Shown here: positions 19,863 through 29,467 of the stretch, one piece after another
Layout: each line of letters opens with the position of its first letter
Position numbering within the stretch: the stretch's first letter is position 1
DNA from: an uncultured Bacilli bacterium
Lineage (GTDB): Bacteria > Bacillota_I > Bacilli_A > RFN20 > CAG-826
Assembly: GCA_905235515.1 (NCBI GenBank)
Contig: CAJOLV010000001.1
Span: 2,170-66,169 of the forward strand
Direction of reading: 5' to 3'
DNA: 64,000 nucleotides
The notes under the pieces: generated by a model
Told to the model about the DNA's origin: nothing
Seen by the model: the letters and a program-made list of their open reading frames with translations, nothing else
The model's database searches: none
Position numbers and translations under genes: made by a program

Positions 19863-20705
19863 ATGAAAAAGAAACTATTAGCATTAATTCCTCTCCTCTT
19901 CTTAGCGGGATGTGGTACAAAACAAGTCTCTGAAGGACAAAAACAAGATATGGGAAATGAAGAACATTTCTCAGTTACCTATGCATTTAAAACAAACTTA
20001 CCAACCGTTCATACACGTGCTGGTAGTGGCTCCCATATCACCTACTTAATGATGTCACCATATGGTCAAATCGATATCGATGGCGTCAAAGTCAAAGGTG
20101 GCGATTATGAACCAAAATTCTATGAAAACTGCATTATTTGGGAAAGTGAACCAGGTGGCGCTCTTCCAGCTAGTAGCGCAGTCAGTAGTGAATTATATGG
20201 AGTAACATTTAGAGGTTGGTTCCAATATAACGACAATATTTACCCAGATAAATTAGAAACAGTTCCTGCTACTAATGGTAGCCAAGTATTCGCTATCTTT
20301 GATGGCCCAACTGGTGGTGGAGGTTCCTCTGGCTCTGGTGGTGGCTCTCAAGGTGGAGGCGGTAGCGCTGTAGTGACAACTGGCTATGGTTTCCATTGGG
20401 AAAGCGGCAAAACCGTGCAAGCCGAATATAAAGGCAAAAATATGGACGGCAAAGATGAATATGTCGCTTACTCAGTCAGCTTTGCTACTGGTGATGTCTT
20501 CTCCTTATATGACTTCTCTAACGGGGCAACTTGGGTTGTCACACCAAACCCATATTCATTCGGAGATACAACTGGTTCTGGTTTAGCTTCTGGCCAATAT
20601 CTCACAATTGGTACTGGTGTTTATACAGCCTTAAGAGACTTTACCGCTGATGTCTATATTCAATTACAAATGGGTAATGACACAGTTTACTTCGAACTCA
20701 AATAA
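19863..20705 (+). CDS. Lipoprotein with a Gly/Ser linker and an aromatic-rich C-terminal domain (putative glucan binding)
   Basis: Lipobox LFLAGC; GGGGSSGSGGGSQGGGG linker; TFRGWF segment resembling an InlB B-repeat. Binding role inferred from context. Confidence 0.65.
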   Translation: MKKKLLALIPLLFLAGCGTKQVSEGQKQDMGNEEHFSVTYAFKTNLPTVHTRAGSGSHITYLMMSPYGQIDIDGVKVKGGDYEPKFYENCIIWESEPGGALPASSAVSSELYGVTFRGWFQYNDNIYPDKLETVPATNGSQVFAIFDGPTGGGGSSGSGGGSQGGGGSAVVTTGYGFHWESGKTVQAEYKGKNMDGKDEYVAYSVSFATGDVFSLYDFSNGATWVVTPNPYSFGDTTGSGLASGQYLTIGTGVYTALRDFTADVYIQLQMGNDTVYFELK

Positions 20706-20743
20706 TTAAAATTATCAATCGCTTATAAATGGAGGTATAGTCC

Positions 20744-23700
20744 ATGAAAAAACAATTAACTTTAGGTCTATGTTTGCTCGGTGCTGCCGCAATGGTTTTA
20801 CCAGTAGCGTTCAATAGATCTAATCCTGTGGTGGTCAAAGAAGATGCCGTCGTAGAAGATGACCCAATAACTTATGCTAAAGCAGAAGATGCGGTCGTGG
20901 ATTTTTCTCAAATGAAAAAGATTATTCACCGCGCTGATCCTGCTGAATTAAAGTTACCAGGAAAAGTCATCCTTCACTATTTCAACGATGACCAAGAATG
21001 TGAATCTAGAAGATTCTATACTTGGGTAACAGGATATGATGGAGTGGAAAGAAAACCAGATGTATCTACTCCTACTGCTATTTCTATTACTTTAGATTTC
21101 AGTGTCATTACTGAATACAAAGATATGCCAAGTCTATTCTTCATCATTAAGAAAGCTGGTACTTGGTCAGGTCAATCTGAAGACGTGGAATTGAAATATG
21201 AGAATTATCAAGATTCCATCAAAGATGATGGCGGAGTTCTCACATTAGAACTATGGACCATTCCTGGTGAAGGTAGTTCTATTGAATTCTGCACTTCGGA
21301 AGAAGAAACAAGAATTCCAAAGATCGCTACTGCTAAATTCACCGATTGGAAGACAATTCACTGTGTTTCTAGTGACCCAGCCACAAAACCTCTTTGGTAC
21401 AAAGTTTATGCTTTTGATAGAACATATTTAAATTCTTCACAAACTGCACAAATCAATAACAAAGATTTCTATTTATTCAAAGAAGGCACACCTGCCACGA
21501 GTGAATTTGATATTACCTTTAACTATACCGCAAAGATTAATATCCAATACTTGATTGAATCCGTATATCCAGGCTATGAAGATAAACCAGTAAGAAAAAT
21601 CTTTGCTAGCTTTGAATATTTATATAAGACTGCAAGATTCGCCCAGCACTATACCTACAATGGCGATGATCTTGGCATGACTTATTCTGCCACTCAAACC
21701 ACATTCAAAGTGTGGTCTCCAATCTCCGCTAACGTGTTATTAAAAATTTATGATGTTGGCGCACCAGCTAGTTTAGGTGGACAAGATAGTGGTAGAACTA
21801 ACGCTATGTATTACACCGGTGGTGGTATTTGGGAATTAACTGTTAAAGGTGATTTAGCGGGAAAATTCTATACTTACTCTGTCACTAACCCAGGTGGTAC
21901 AAATATTGAAGCAATGGATCCATACGCTAAAGCATGTGGTATCAATGGCTTACGTGCTTATATCTATGATAAAGCCGCTGATAATGCTAACCCAGAAGGT
22001 TGGGATACTGTTCCTGCTAAATGGGATGGCATCGCGGGTTATGATATTAAGACTCCAAACGAATTATCGATTTATGAAGCGCATATCCGTGATTTAACAA
22101 TGGATGAATCATGGGTTGGTTCCGCACAGCGTGGTACATACGCTGCTTTTGCGGAAAAAGGTACTAAATATACCGAAAACTTTGCTGGTAAAAATTACAC
22201 AGTAAAAACTGGTTTTGACCATATTGAAGAATTAGGTGTTTCTGCTGTTCAATTATTACCAGTCTTTGACCACGATGATGATGAAAGACCGGAAAAGATG
22301 AAATTTAACTGGGGCTATAACCCTCTCAACTACAACTGTGTTGAAGGTGGTTACTCCACTCATCCAGAAGATCCACTCAATCGTATTGTGGAATTCAAAC
22401 AATTAATTAAAAACTTCTCAGAAAATAGTTCACATACACGTGTCATTATGGATGTTGTCTATAACCACGTTTCTAGTGCTTCCTCTTCTTGCTTTACTAA
22501 ATTAATGCCGAAATATTATTTCAGATATGACGCAAACTGGAACTACACAGATGGTTCTGGTTGTTCTAATGAAGTAAAAACTGAAGCACCAATGATGTCT
22601 AAATATATCGTTGACTCCCTCAAATGGTGGGCCACTGAATATAAGATTAAAGGTTTCCGTTTTGACTTAATGGGATTAATCGATACTGGCACAATGGCGG
22701 CAGCTAGAAAAGCCTTGAATAACATTGACCCAGATATTTATATCTATGGTGAAGGTTGGACTTCTATCGCTGGTTATAATGGTGACCCAGGAACTGGTGG
22801 TAGTGATTCCGCGGCTGTTTATAGTGTCTTATATCCAGAAGCTGCTGGCGGATATGTCGGTGCCTTCAATGATAGTGGTAGAGACGCTATCCGTGGTGGT
22901 AATGACCATGGTTATGGCACTAATAATTCTTATCCAAGTTGGGGTTATGTCGCTCAAGGTAAAAATGATGGCGCTGGTAAGATTGGTGCTATCTATGATT
23001 TATTCAAAGGTGTCCATAGTGGTAAAGGTGGTAATCCAAATCAATGTATCAACTATGTGAGTTGTCACGATAACTACACAGTATGGGATCAATTTAGATA
23101 CACAATGGCCACTGCTGGCTATGCTGATAGAACAAGTACAAAATATGATAACAGTGGTCGTCCACGTAGTGGCGGTGAACCTGCTATTGAAGATTTAATG
23201 GCAGCTTCTATTGCTGCACATGGTTTAGTAATGGCCTCTAATGGTGTCGCCTTCATCCAAGGTGGTGAAGAAATTTATCGTACTAAGACTATCTCTGATG
23301 TTGATAATTACGCTCAAGGTATTAAAGCAACACCAGAATATGAAGATTTAATGTCAGGTGGCGATGAAGCTTATGTTAGACCATTCCCAGATTTTGAAAA
23401 TTATGATCCAACATTTACCGCGACCGCTTTAGCGACTGGTGAAGTGAGAATGTATGGCACTAATGAAATGGTTTCCCATAACTCCTATAAACTTCCAGAT
23501 AGTGTTAACTCATTTAAATGGGATCGTAAGATTCATATTGGTAATACCTTAACATACGATAAGATTTCCACTTGGTCCACAATGGTGAACAAGAGAAAAG
23601 AAATCACAAAATACGATTATAGTTCCTATGGAACAGCAGGATTTAGTATTTGGAATAATGATGGCCAAACCGATTATTATCAAGGTGCTTTTGCAATGTG

Positions 23701-23866
23701 GAATCCAGGTGGAATCCATGTAGCTATTTCTTGTAGAGGACAAACCTCTTATATCAAGATTGGCAACATCACTCCATTTTATTATTCCAACTATAAGAGT
23801 TCAGACTTTAACATCAGCGCGGATGGCTGGCTAGGAACCGGTTCATTCACTCTGATTGCTTGGTAA
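20744..23866 (+). CDS. pulA: Type I pullulanase (GH13) with CBM41-like and CBM48 modules
   Basis: TTFKVWSP, MDPYAKA, IYEAHIRD, FNWGYNPLNY, MDVVYNH, GFRFDLMG, YIYGEGW, NYVSCHDN. Confidence 0.93.
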   Translation: MKKQLTLGLCLLGAAAMVLPVAFNRSNPVVVKEDAVVEDDPITYAKAEDAVVDFSQMKKIIHRADPAELKLPGKVILHYFNDDQECESRRFYTWVTGYDGVERKPDVSTPTAISITLDFSVITEYKDMPSLFFIIKKAGTWSGQSEDVELKYENYQDSIKDDGGVLTLELWTIPGEGSSIEFCTSEEETRIPKIATAKFTDWKTIHCVSSDPATKPLWYKVYAFDRTYLNSSQTAQINNKDFYLFKEGTPATSEFDITFNYTAKINIQYLIESVYPGYEDKPVRKIFASFEYLYKTARFAQHYTYNGDDLGMTYSATQTTFKVWSPISANVLLKIYDVGAPASLGGQDSGRTNAMYYTGGGIWELTVKGDLAGKFYTYSVTNPGGTNIEAMDPYAKACGINGLRAYIYDKAADNANPEGWDTVPAKWDGIAGYDIKTPNELSIYEAHIRDLTMDESWVGSAQRGTYAAFAEKGTKYTENFAGKNYTVKTGFDHIEELGVSAVQLLPVFDHDDDERPEKMKFNWGYNPLNYNCVEGGYSTHPEDPLNRIVEFKQLIKNFSENSSHTRVIMDVVYNHVSSASSSCFTKLMPKYYFRYDANWNYTDGSGCSNEVKTEAPMMSKYIVDSLKWWATEYKIKGFRFDLMGLIDTGTMAAARKALNNIDPDIYIYGEGWTSIAGYNGDPGTGGSDSAAVYSVLYPEAAGGYVGAFNDSGRDAIRGGNDHGYGTNNSYPSWGYVAQGKNDGAGKIGAIYDLFKGVHSGKGGNPNQCINYVSCHDNYTVWDQFRYTMATAGYADRTSTKYDNSGRPRSGGEPAIEDLMAASIAAHGLVMASNGVAFIQGGEEIYRTKTISDVDNYAQGIKATPEYEDLMSGGDEAYVRPFPDFENYDPTFTATALATGEVRMYGTNEMVSHNSYKLPDSVNSFKWDRKIHIGNTLTYDKISTWSTMVNKRKEITKYDYSSYGTAGFSIWNNDGQTDYYQGAFAMWNPGGIHVAISCRGQTSYIKIGNITPFYYSNYKSSDFNISADGWLGTGSFTLIAW

Positions 23867-23884
23867 GGGAAGGAGGATAGAAAC

Positions 23885-24868
23885 ATGAAAAAGAATAGAT
23901 TAGTTTTCTTAGCTTCAATCCTCGCCTTAGCAGGATTAACAGGCTGTAGTCAAAGTGATATCAATGGCGTTAGTGAAAATGACTTAAAAGTCACAGGCGT
24001 CACTCTTGATATCACATATCAAAAATTAGAAGTTGGTGAATCGTTAACACTAGCTCCAACAATTTCTTATAAAAATGATCAAGAAGTTGAATGCTATACC
24101 GAATGGAAAACTAGCAACAACAAAGTCGCTACTGTTAGTGATACTGGTATGGTCTTAGCTCTTAAGACTGGCCGCGCTGCTATTACATTTATTGCGGGCT
24201 ATAAATCAGCATCTTGTTCCATTGAAGTTCCATCCACCGATATTTATGTCGGCCCAACAGAAGGTGAAGATGGTGAAGGAACTCAACCTGGTGAATTCAC
24301 AATTAAAATTAATGCACAAAATATCACTTTACAAACTGGCTCAACCTATCAATTAAGCGCTACAACAAGTGAACCTGCTAGTGTTAGTTGGTCTTCATCT
24401 AATGAAACTGTTGCGACTGTCAGTCAAACTGGTTTAGTCACCGCTAATAGTGAAGGCGTAGCCACCATTCACGCGACAAGTAATGGCAAATCCGTCAGTT
24501 GTGAAGTAACAGTCAGTGATGAACAACAAGAAGTTCTTCCAGAAGATGAAGATATGACCGTTCATATTTACTTCTTTATCGATTACAACAACGTTGATGA
24601 AGAAGACACAACTGGTAAGAAGTTACTTACACACTTCTGGTGGTATGAAGATAGACCAATTGCTGAAAGTGGCAAAGTTCCAGCTAATCCAACCACCGCT
24701 CCAACACCAGACTTCCCATATTTTGCTGGTTGGAGCAATCATCCAATTATTGATTCAAAAGATGGACTACTTGATTTAGCAACTTACAAAGTTAGCGATG
24801 ATGGTAGTAGACAATTCTTATATATTTACGGTATTTGGACTGATGTTCAAGGGGGTATGACAAAATGA
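23885..24868 (+). CDS. Non-catalytic lipoprotein, two Big_2 domains plus an InlB-B-repeat-like C-terminus
   Basis: Lipobox GLTGC; WKTSNNKVATVSDTG and WSSSNETVATVSQTG repeats; PYFAGWS...YIYGIW. Confidence 0.8.
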   Translation: MKKNRLVFLASILALAGLTGCSQSDINGVSENDLKVTGVTLDITYQKLEVGESLTLAPTISYKNDQEVECYTEWKTSNNKVATVSDTGMVLALKTGRAAITFIAGYKSASCSIEVPSTDIYVGPTEGEDGEGTQPGEFTIKINAQNITLQTGSTYQLSATTSEPASVSWSSSNETVATVSQTGLVTANSEGVATIHATSNGKSVSCEVTVSDEQQEVLPEDEDMTVHIYFFIDYNNVDEEDTTGKKLLTHFWWYEDRPIAESGKVPANPTTAPTPDFPYFAGWSNHPIIDSKDGLLDLATYKVSDDGSRQFLYIYGIWTDVQGGMTK

Positions 24869-27800
24869 GAAAAAAATTATTATTCCTTCCTCTCGCCTTA
24901 TTAGGTTTAGTTGTTTCCGGATGTAGTGCATCCGAATTACCAAATAACTTCTCTGAAGAAGATCAAGTCGTAGAAACTCCTTGGGAAGACTATGTCTTAC
25001 CAGCGACCGGCATTGAATTTGTAGATGGAGAAGATGCTTTGACTTTGAAAAAAGGTGAATCCCATACATATTCTTATTCAATTCTTCCTCGTGGAGCGAC
25101 ATCTAATAGCCTTAATTGGTTCAGTAATGACACTAATGTGGCGACTGTGGAAAATGGTGTAGTGACCGCTGTTGGTGGTGGTGATGCCATAGTTACAGTC
25201 AGTAGTCCAGAAAATGCTTTTGATCCAGTGGAATTAAGTGTTGATGTTATTGTTCCATTAACAAATTTCACATTAACCATTCCAGAAAGATTAGATTGGT
25301 CTGATCAATATCAATTTGATGTGAGTTATGAACCAACTGACACTACTGAACGTGATTTAACATATGAAATCATTGAGGAATCTGTTGCTGACCTTGTTTC
25401 AGTTAATGAACAAGGTGTTGTGACAACCGCAAATAAAGATGGCACCGCAACATTAAAAGTCAGTGGTGGTGAAAATAATAGCATTTCCCACATATATACA
25501 TTAAATATCAGCACAATCGCTGTCACAGGTGTCTCCTTAGCGGATGCTGGACATGAATTAGAAGTTAATCATTCCTTACAATTAAGCGCGACTGTTTCAC
25601 CAAGTGACGCCACTGAATTAGCTAGACGTGGTGTGAGATATTATTCAAGAAATACCGATATCGCCTCAGTGGATGAATTAACAGGTGTTGTACTTGGTGT
25701 GGCACCAGGTACTGCCAATATTTACGCGGAATGTGGTGGAGTAGAATCTACTAATTACGAAATAGAAGTATATAAAGTGAGCGCGACAAGCGTTAACATT
25801 ACAACCGCTGATTTTACATTATCTAATAACACTGATAATGGTTTAACTAAACAATTAGAATATGAAATTACAGTTGACCGTGCTGGTCACACTGAGCCAT
25901 CTGAAGCGACAATTAGTTTTGTTTCAAGTGATGAAAGTGTTGCAACAGTTAATAATTCTGGTTTAGTGACCGCTACTGGTCCAGGTAACGCTATTATTAG
26001 CATTCAAATCGCTCAAGAAGGTCAAGGTTTAGTGAAAGACTCTGTTAATGTCACAGTTGATATTGTCTCTAAATCATTAACCATTAATGGTGGTAATTCC
26101 TTCTATAACGATTCCACATTAACTTTAACGGCATCAATTGTTCCTGGTAATGTCACTAATAATGAAATTATTTGGACAGTTGAACCTGATAATATTGTCT
26201 CATTAGATACCACAACTGGTGGTAGTGTTACATTAACTCCAGTTGATAATGAAGTTGCTGGTACAGTAACAGTAACCGCCACAAATACTGGTGGTGCTTC
26301 TAATAGCATCCAAGTCACAGTAGCGGATAGACCATCTGAATTTACAGTCGGTCATCACTATATTGTTGGCAGTGCTCTCTATAATACTGGTGAATCTGTA
26401 AGAGTTGATGGCAAATCCTCTTGGACAACCGCTAAATATGCTTATCATTTCACATATAGTGTTTCTGACCCAACTGTCTATGAACAATATAAAGGCACAA
26501 TTAAGTTCCAAGCTGGTGATCAATTCAAATACTTCATTGGTGCAGATTATTGGGTCCCAGCGTGGGAACAAGAAGAAGGCTGGACTGAAAAAGGTTGGCA
26601 TATTGATCAAGGTGGCGATAAGAACGCTTTTGCTCTTGGACAAATGAGATTTGTCAAAGAAAATGACGAACATGTTATTGAACCATCTGATGCTGCTGAC
26701 GCTAATATTGAAGTAGTCGAAGCTGGTTACTATGATTTATACGCAAAACTTTATAAGAATGCCGATGAATCATTATGGTATTCCTTATATATCCAAAAAG
26801 TCCCAGATTTAAGTGTTGAACACGATGAGATTACAATGGGATTAGATGAATCCTATCAAATTAAAGCTCATGACTGGATTGGTTCTGTTTCTTATGAAAT
26901 TAAATCTGGTAGTGAATTAATTACATTAAGCCCAACTGGTTTAGTCACTGGTAAAGGCGCGACTGGTGATGCGGTTGTCACAGTTAGTGACGAACGTGGT
27001 CAAGAAGTTGATGTAACATTCCACTTACAAGATGGTGCGCACGCCGCTCAAGTAATTTATTTGAACGCTAATGGCAAATTTGATACTGACAATGTCGTTC
27101 CATTTGTCCACTCTTGGGGTGGTGAAGGTAGTAGTGCTGCCACTGATGTGAAGATGACCTTAGTAGAAGGCCAAACGATTGTTTATTCTGCAATTATTCC
27201 ACTAGATCACAACATGATTGACTTTGTCAGATGTCCAGAAGGTTCTACTTCAATCAATTGGGAATTAGTCTATAACCAATCTAAAGATCAAAACATTCCA
27301 AACGATGGAAAAGATATGTTCACGATGACTGGTTGGACAGACGAATATGATAGTAGAAACAACAATTATTTAGATGGTAGTTGGTCAGTCTTTGATTCTA
27401 GCCACACATATGTAGTTGATGATGGTGGAGAAGATCCATTGCCACCTAATAACATTACATTATATTTCTGTGACGCTCTCGAATGGGATGATGGCGCAAG
27501 CGAAAAGACAATGTCTGCTTATGTTTGGAATACAAACAAATCCGATAGTCAAAAAGCCGCATGGCCAGGTGAACCTGCAACATATGTTGGTTTAGACACG
27601 GATGACAACAAAGTTTATAGCTATGTTGTTGATATTAATGCTTATAACAGCATTATCTTTGTGGCTGGCACTAACCAAACAGAAGATATTGATATCACTA
27701 GCGCGGTAGATGAATCTGGTTATAAAGCCACAACACTTAAAACTGGCTCTACATATAATGTAGAAGCTTACACATATGTGCCAAAAGCACCTGTAGCAAC

Positions 27801-28932
27801 TTACACAGTTAGCTTTAACCCTAATGGTGGTATCGGCACAATTGCTCCAGTAGAAGATGCAACTAGCCCATATACATTACCAGGCTATACTGGTTTCACC
27901 GCTCCAGAAAACCATCACTTTGTTGGCTGGAAAGTGAATAATGAGGGTGAAACAAAAGCCATTGGCGCATCAATTGAATTGACAGATGATGTTACTTTAT
28001 ACGCTCAATGGGAAGAAAACGCTGCTGTTCAACACACCGTTTCATTTAATGGTAATGGGGCAACAGGTGAAAAAGCCTCTGTAAATATTGATGATGGAGC
28101 TTCATATACTCTCCCAGATTCCACAGGCTTTACTGCTCCAACTGGTAAAGTATTTGCTGGTTGGGCACTTGCCGCTAATGGTGCAGTTATTGCCACCGCC
28201 ACAATTGATGTGACGGATGATATAGAATTATTTGCTATTTGGGAAGATGAAACACCCGCTCCTGAAAACATTACTATTTACTTTACTAGTAATAAAGGCT
28301 GGTCGCCTGTATATTGTTATGCGTTCAAAGGAACTGCCCAAAAGGCTGAATGGCCTGGCGAAGCGATGACATATGTTGGTGTTAATGATAATAACGAAGA
28401 TTATTTTAGCTTCACATTTGATAAAAATTCATTTGACACAGTTATTTTTTCAAATGGTAATTCTGGTAACAATAATCAAACTGTCAATATCGATGTCAGT
28501 TCAGCCGTTACTGGCAGTGCATATTACTTAGAAAATCAAATTACAGAAGCTGGTGATGATTACGATAAATGGACTGTTGGCTCCTGGACTTACACAGAAG
28601 GTATGTTTGATGATCTTAAAGTTTATTACTTTACTAGACCATCTGAATGGGGTGAAGTCGAAGTATATGCTCATATGTATAAAAATGAGACCGGTGGCGC
28701 TACAACTATATGGCCAGGTATGAAATGTGTATGGATTAAAAACAACGAATATGGACAAGGGGTGTTTAGATTCGTGTTTGATTCAACAAAATATGATACT
28801 GTCATTTTTAATAATAATAACGGCACCCAACTAGATTCTATTAAACCTTCAGAAGTATTAGGAGCAGGACAAAATGCATTCGCTTACTACGATAGTGCAA
28901 TGCATGGTTGGACTTTTAATCCAGCAGCTTAA
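24865..28932 (+). CDS. 1355 aa non-catalytic surface lipoprotein: multiple Big_2, SusE/F-like module, about four CBM26-like modules, two InlB B-repeats
   Basis: Lipobox VVSGC; repeated SSD/NxxVAxVxxxGxVT; starch-binding-module-like repeats such as ITIYFT...W..VY.YA...WPG..M...FD.VIF.N; FNPNGG...FVGWK and FNGNGA...FAGWA repeats; no GH catalytic motifs seen. Confidence 0.8.
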   Translation: MRKKLLFLPLALLGLVVSGCSASELPNNFSEEDQVVETPWEDYVLPATGIEFVDGEDALTLKKGESHTYSYSILPRGATSNSLNWFSNDTNVATVENGVVTAVGGGDAIVTVSSPENAFDPVELSVDVIVPLTNFTLTIPERLDWSDQYQFDVSYEPTDTTERDLTYEIIEESVADLVSVNEQGVVTTANKDGTATLKVSGGENNSISHIYTLNISTIAVTGVSLADAGHELEVNHSLQLSATVSPSDATELARRGVRYYSRNTDIASVDELTGVVLGVAPGTANIYAECGGVESTNYEIEVYKVSATSVNITTADFTLSNNTDNGLTKQLEYEITVDRAGHTEPSEATISFVSSDESVATVNNSGLVTATGPGNAIISIQIAQEGQGLVKDSVNVTVDIVSKSLTINGGNSFYNDSTLTLTASIVPGNVTNNEIIWTVEPDNIVSLDTTTGGSVTLTPVDNEVAGTVTVTATNTGGASNSIQVTVADRPSEFTVGHHYIVGSALYNTGESVRVDGKSSWTTAKYAYHFTYSVSDPTVYEQYKGTIKFQAGDQFKYFIGADYWVPAWEQEEGWTEKGWHIDQGGDKNAFALGQMRFVKENDEHVIEPSDAADANIEVVEAGYYDLYAKLYKNADESLWYSLYIQKVPDLSVEHDEITMGLDESYQIKAHDWIGSVSYEIKSGSELITLSPTGLVTGKGATGDAVVTVSDERGQEVDVTFHLQDGAHAAQVIYLNANGKFDTDNVVPFVHSWGGEGSSAATDVKMTLVEGQTIVYSAIIPLDHNMIDFVRCPEGSTSINWELVYNQSKDQNIPNDGKDMFTMTGWTDEYDSRNNNYLDGSWSVFDSSHTYVVDDGGEDPLPPNNITLYFCDALEWDDGASEKTMSAYVWNTNKSDSQKAAWPGEPATYVGLDTDDNKVYSYVVDINAYNSIIFVAGTNQTEDIDITSAVDESGYKATTLKTGSTYNVEAYTYVPKAPVATYTVSFNPNGGIGTIAPVEDATSPYTLPGYTGFTAPENHHFVGWKVNNEGETKAIGASIELTDDVTLYAQWEENAAVQHTVSFNGNGATGEKASVNIDDGASYTLPDSTGFTAPTGKVFAGWALAANGAVIATATIDVTDDIELFAIWEDETPAPENITIYFTSNKGWSPVYCYAFKGTAQKAEWPGEAMTYVGVNDNNEDYFSFTFDKNSFDTVIFSNGNSGNNNQTVNIDVSSAVTGSAYYLENQITEAGDDYDKWTVGSWTYTEGMFDDLKVYYFTRPSEWGEVEVYAHMYKNETGGATTIWPGMKCVWIKNNEYGQGVFRFVFDSTKYDTVIFNNNNGTQLDSIKPSEVLGAGQNAFAYYDSAMHGWTFNPAA

Positions 28933-28948
28933 TAAAAATAAGCCAACA

Positions 28949-29172
28949 GTGACATACTCCCACCACTTAAAGAAGTAGGGGCTTCTTGCTCGAGGAGTCT
29001 AACGATTCCAGCGTAAACAAGCTATCCGGATGTGTCCTATCCTTTGTAAGCATTTCAATTCCCTTACTTAGAATGCTTTTTGTGGCGTTTATATCTCCAT
29101 CATGAGTAGTGCCATATTCTGGACAAGTCCACTTGCGAATGTTGAGGCTCGTAGTGATAGATTTTATAACAT
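28949..29172 (-). mobile_element. IS200/IS605-family relic: degenerate tnpB 3' end plus right end (omegaRNA region)
   Basis: Minus strand translates LNIRKWTCPEYGTTHDGDINATKSILSKG...KKPLLL* (TnpB Zn-ribbon/RuvC-III consensus WxCPxCGxxHDRDxNAAxNI, with decayed C, R and N). Followed by the hairpin CCCCTACTT-CTTT-AAGTGGTGGG and a ...GTATGTCAC end. Confidence 0.85.
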
Positions 29173-29175
29173 AAT

Positions 29176-29214
29176 AAAAAAGCCTCTTAGCGTGAAATAT
29201 GGCTAGAGGTTTTT
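29176..29214. terminator. Hairpin: terminator of the amylolytic operon and/or IS left-end palindrome
   Basis: AAAAAGCCTCT-TAGC / GCTA-GAGGTTTTT imperfect stem with A- and T-tracts. Confidence 0.55.
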
Positions 29215-29236
29215 AATAATCCTAGAAATGGGAAAA

Positions 29237-29383
29237 TTATAAATCAATAATATCTAATTCTTTGATAACCTCATCGATGGTATAGGTTTTAGGGTTTTTA
29301 AAAAACTCTAGATATGCACAATCAAATAGTTCAATATCCACTTCGTCTTCTATTCTTTTAAGTTCAATAGATGAAGTTTTCAT
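29237..29383 (-). pseudogene. Truncated DUF6290-like (RelB-type) antitoxin remnant
   Basis: 48 aa MKTSSIELKRIEDEVDIELFDCAYLEFFKNPKTYTIDEVIKELDIIDL resembles the antitoxin C-terminus (IEDEYD...Y.EY.KNP.TY...EV.KEL). No RHH N-terminus and no toxin gene. Confidence 0.6.
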
Positions 29384-29467
29384 AAAATGTCTCTTTTATT
29401 ATTAATGTTGTTCAACGCAAAACAATTGCCAATACATAAACTTAAATATGGTATTATTTAACTAGTT

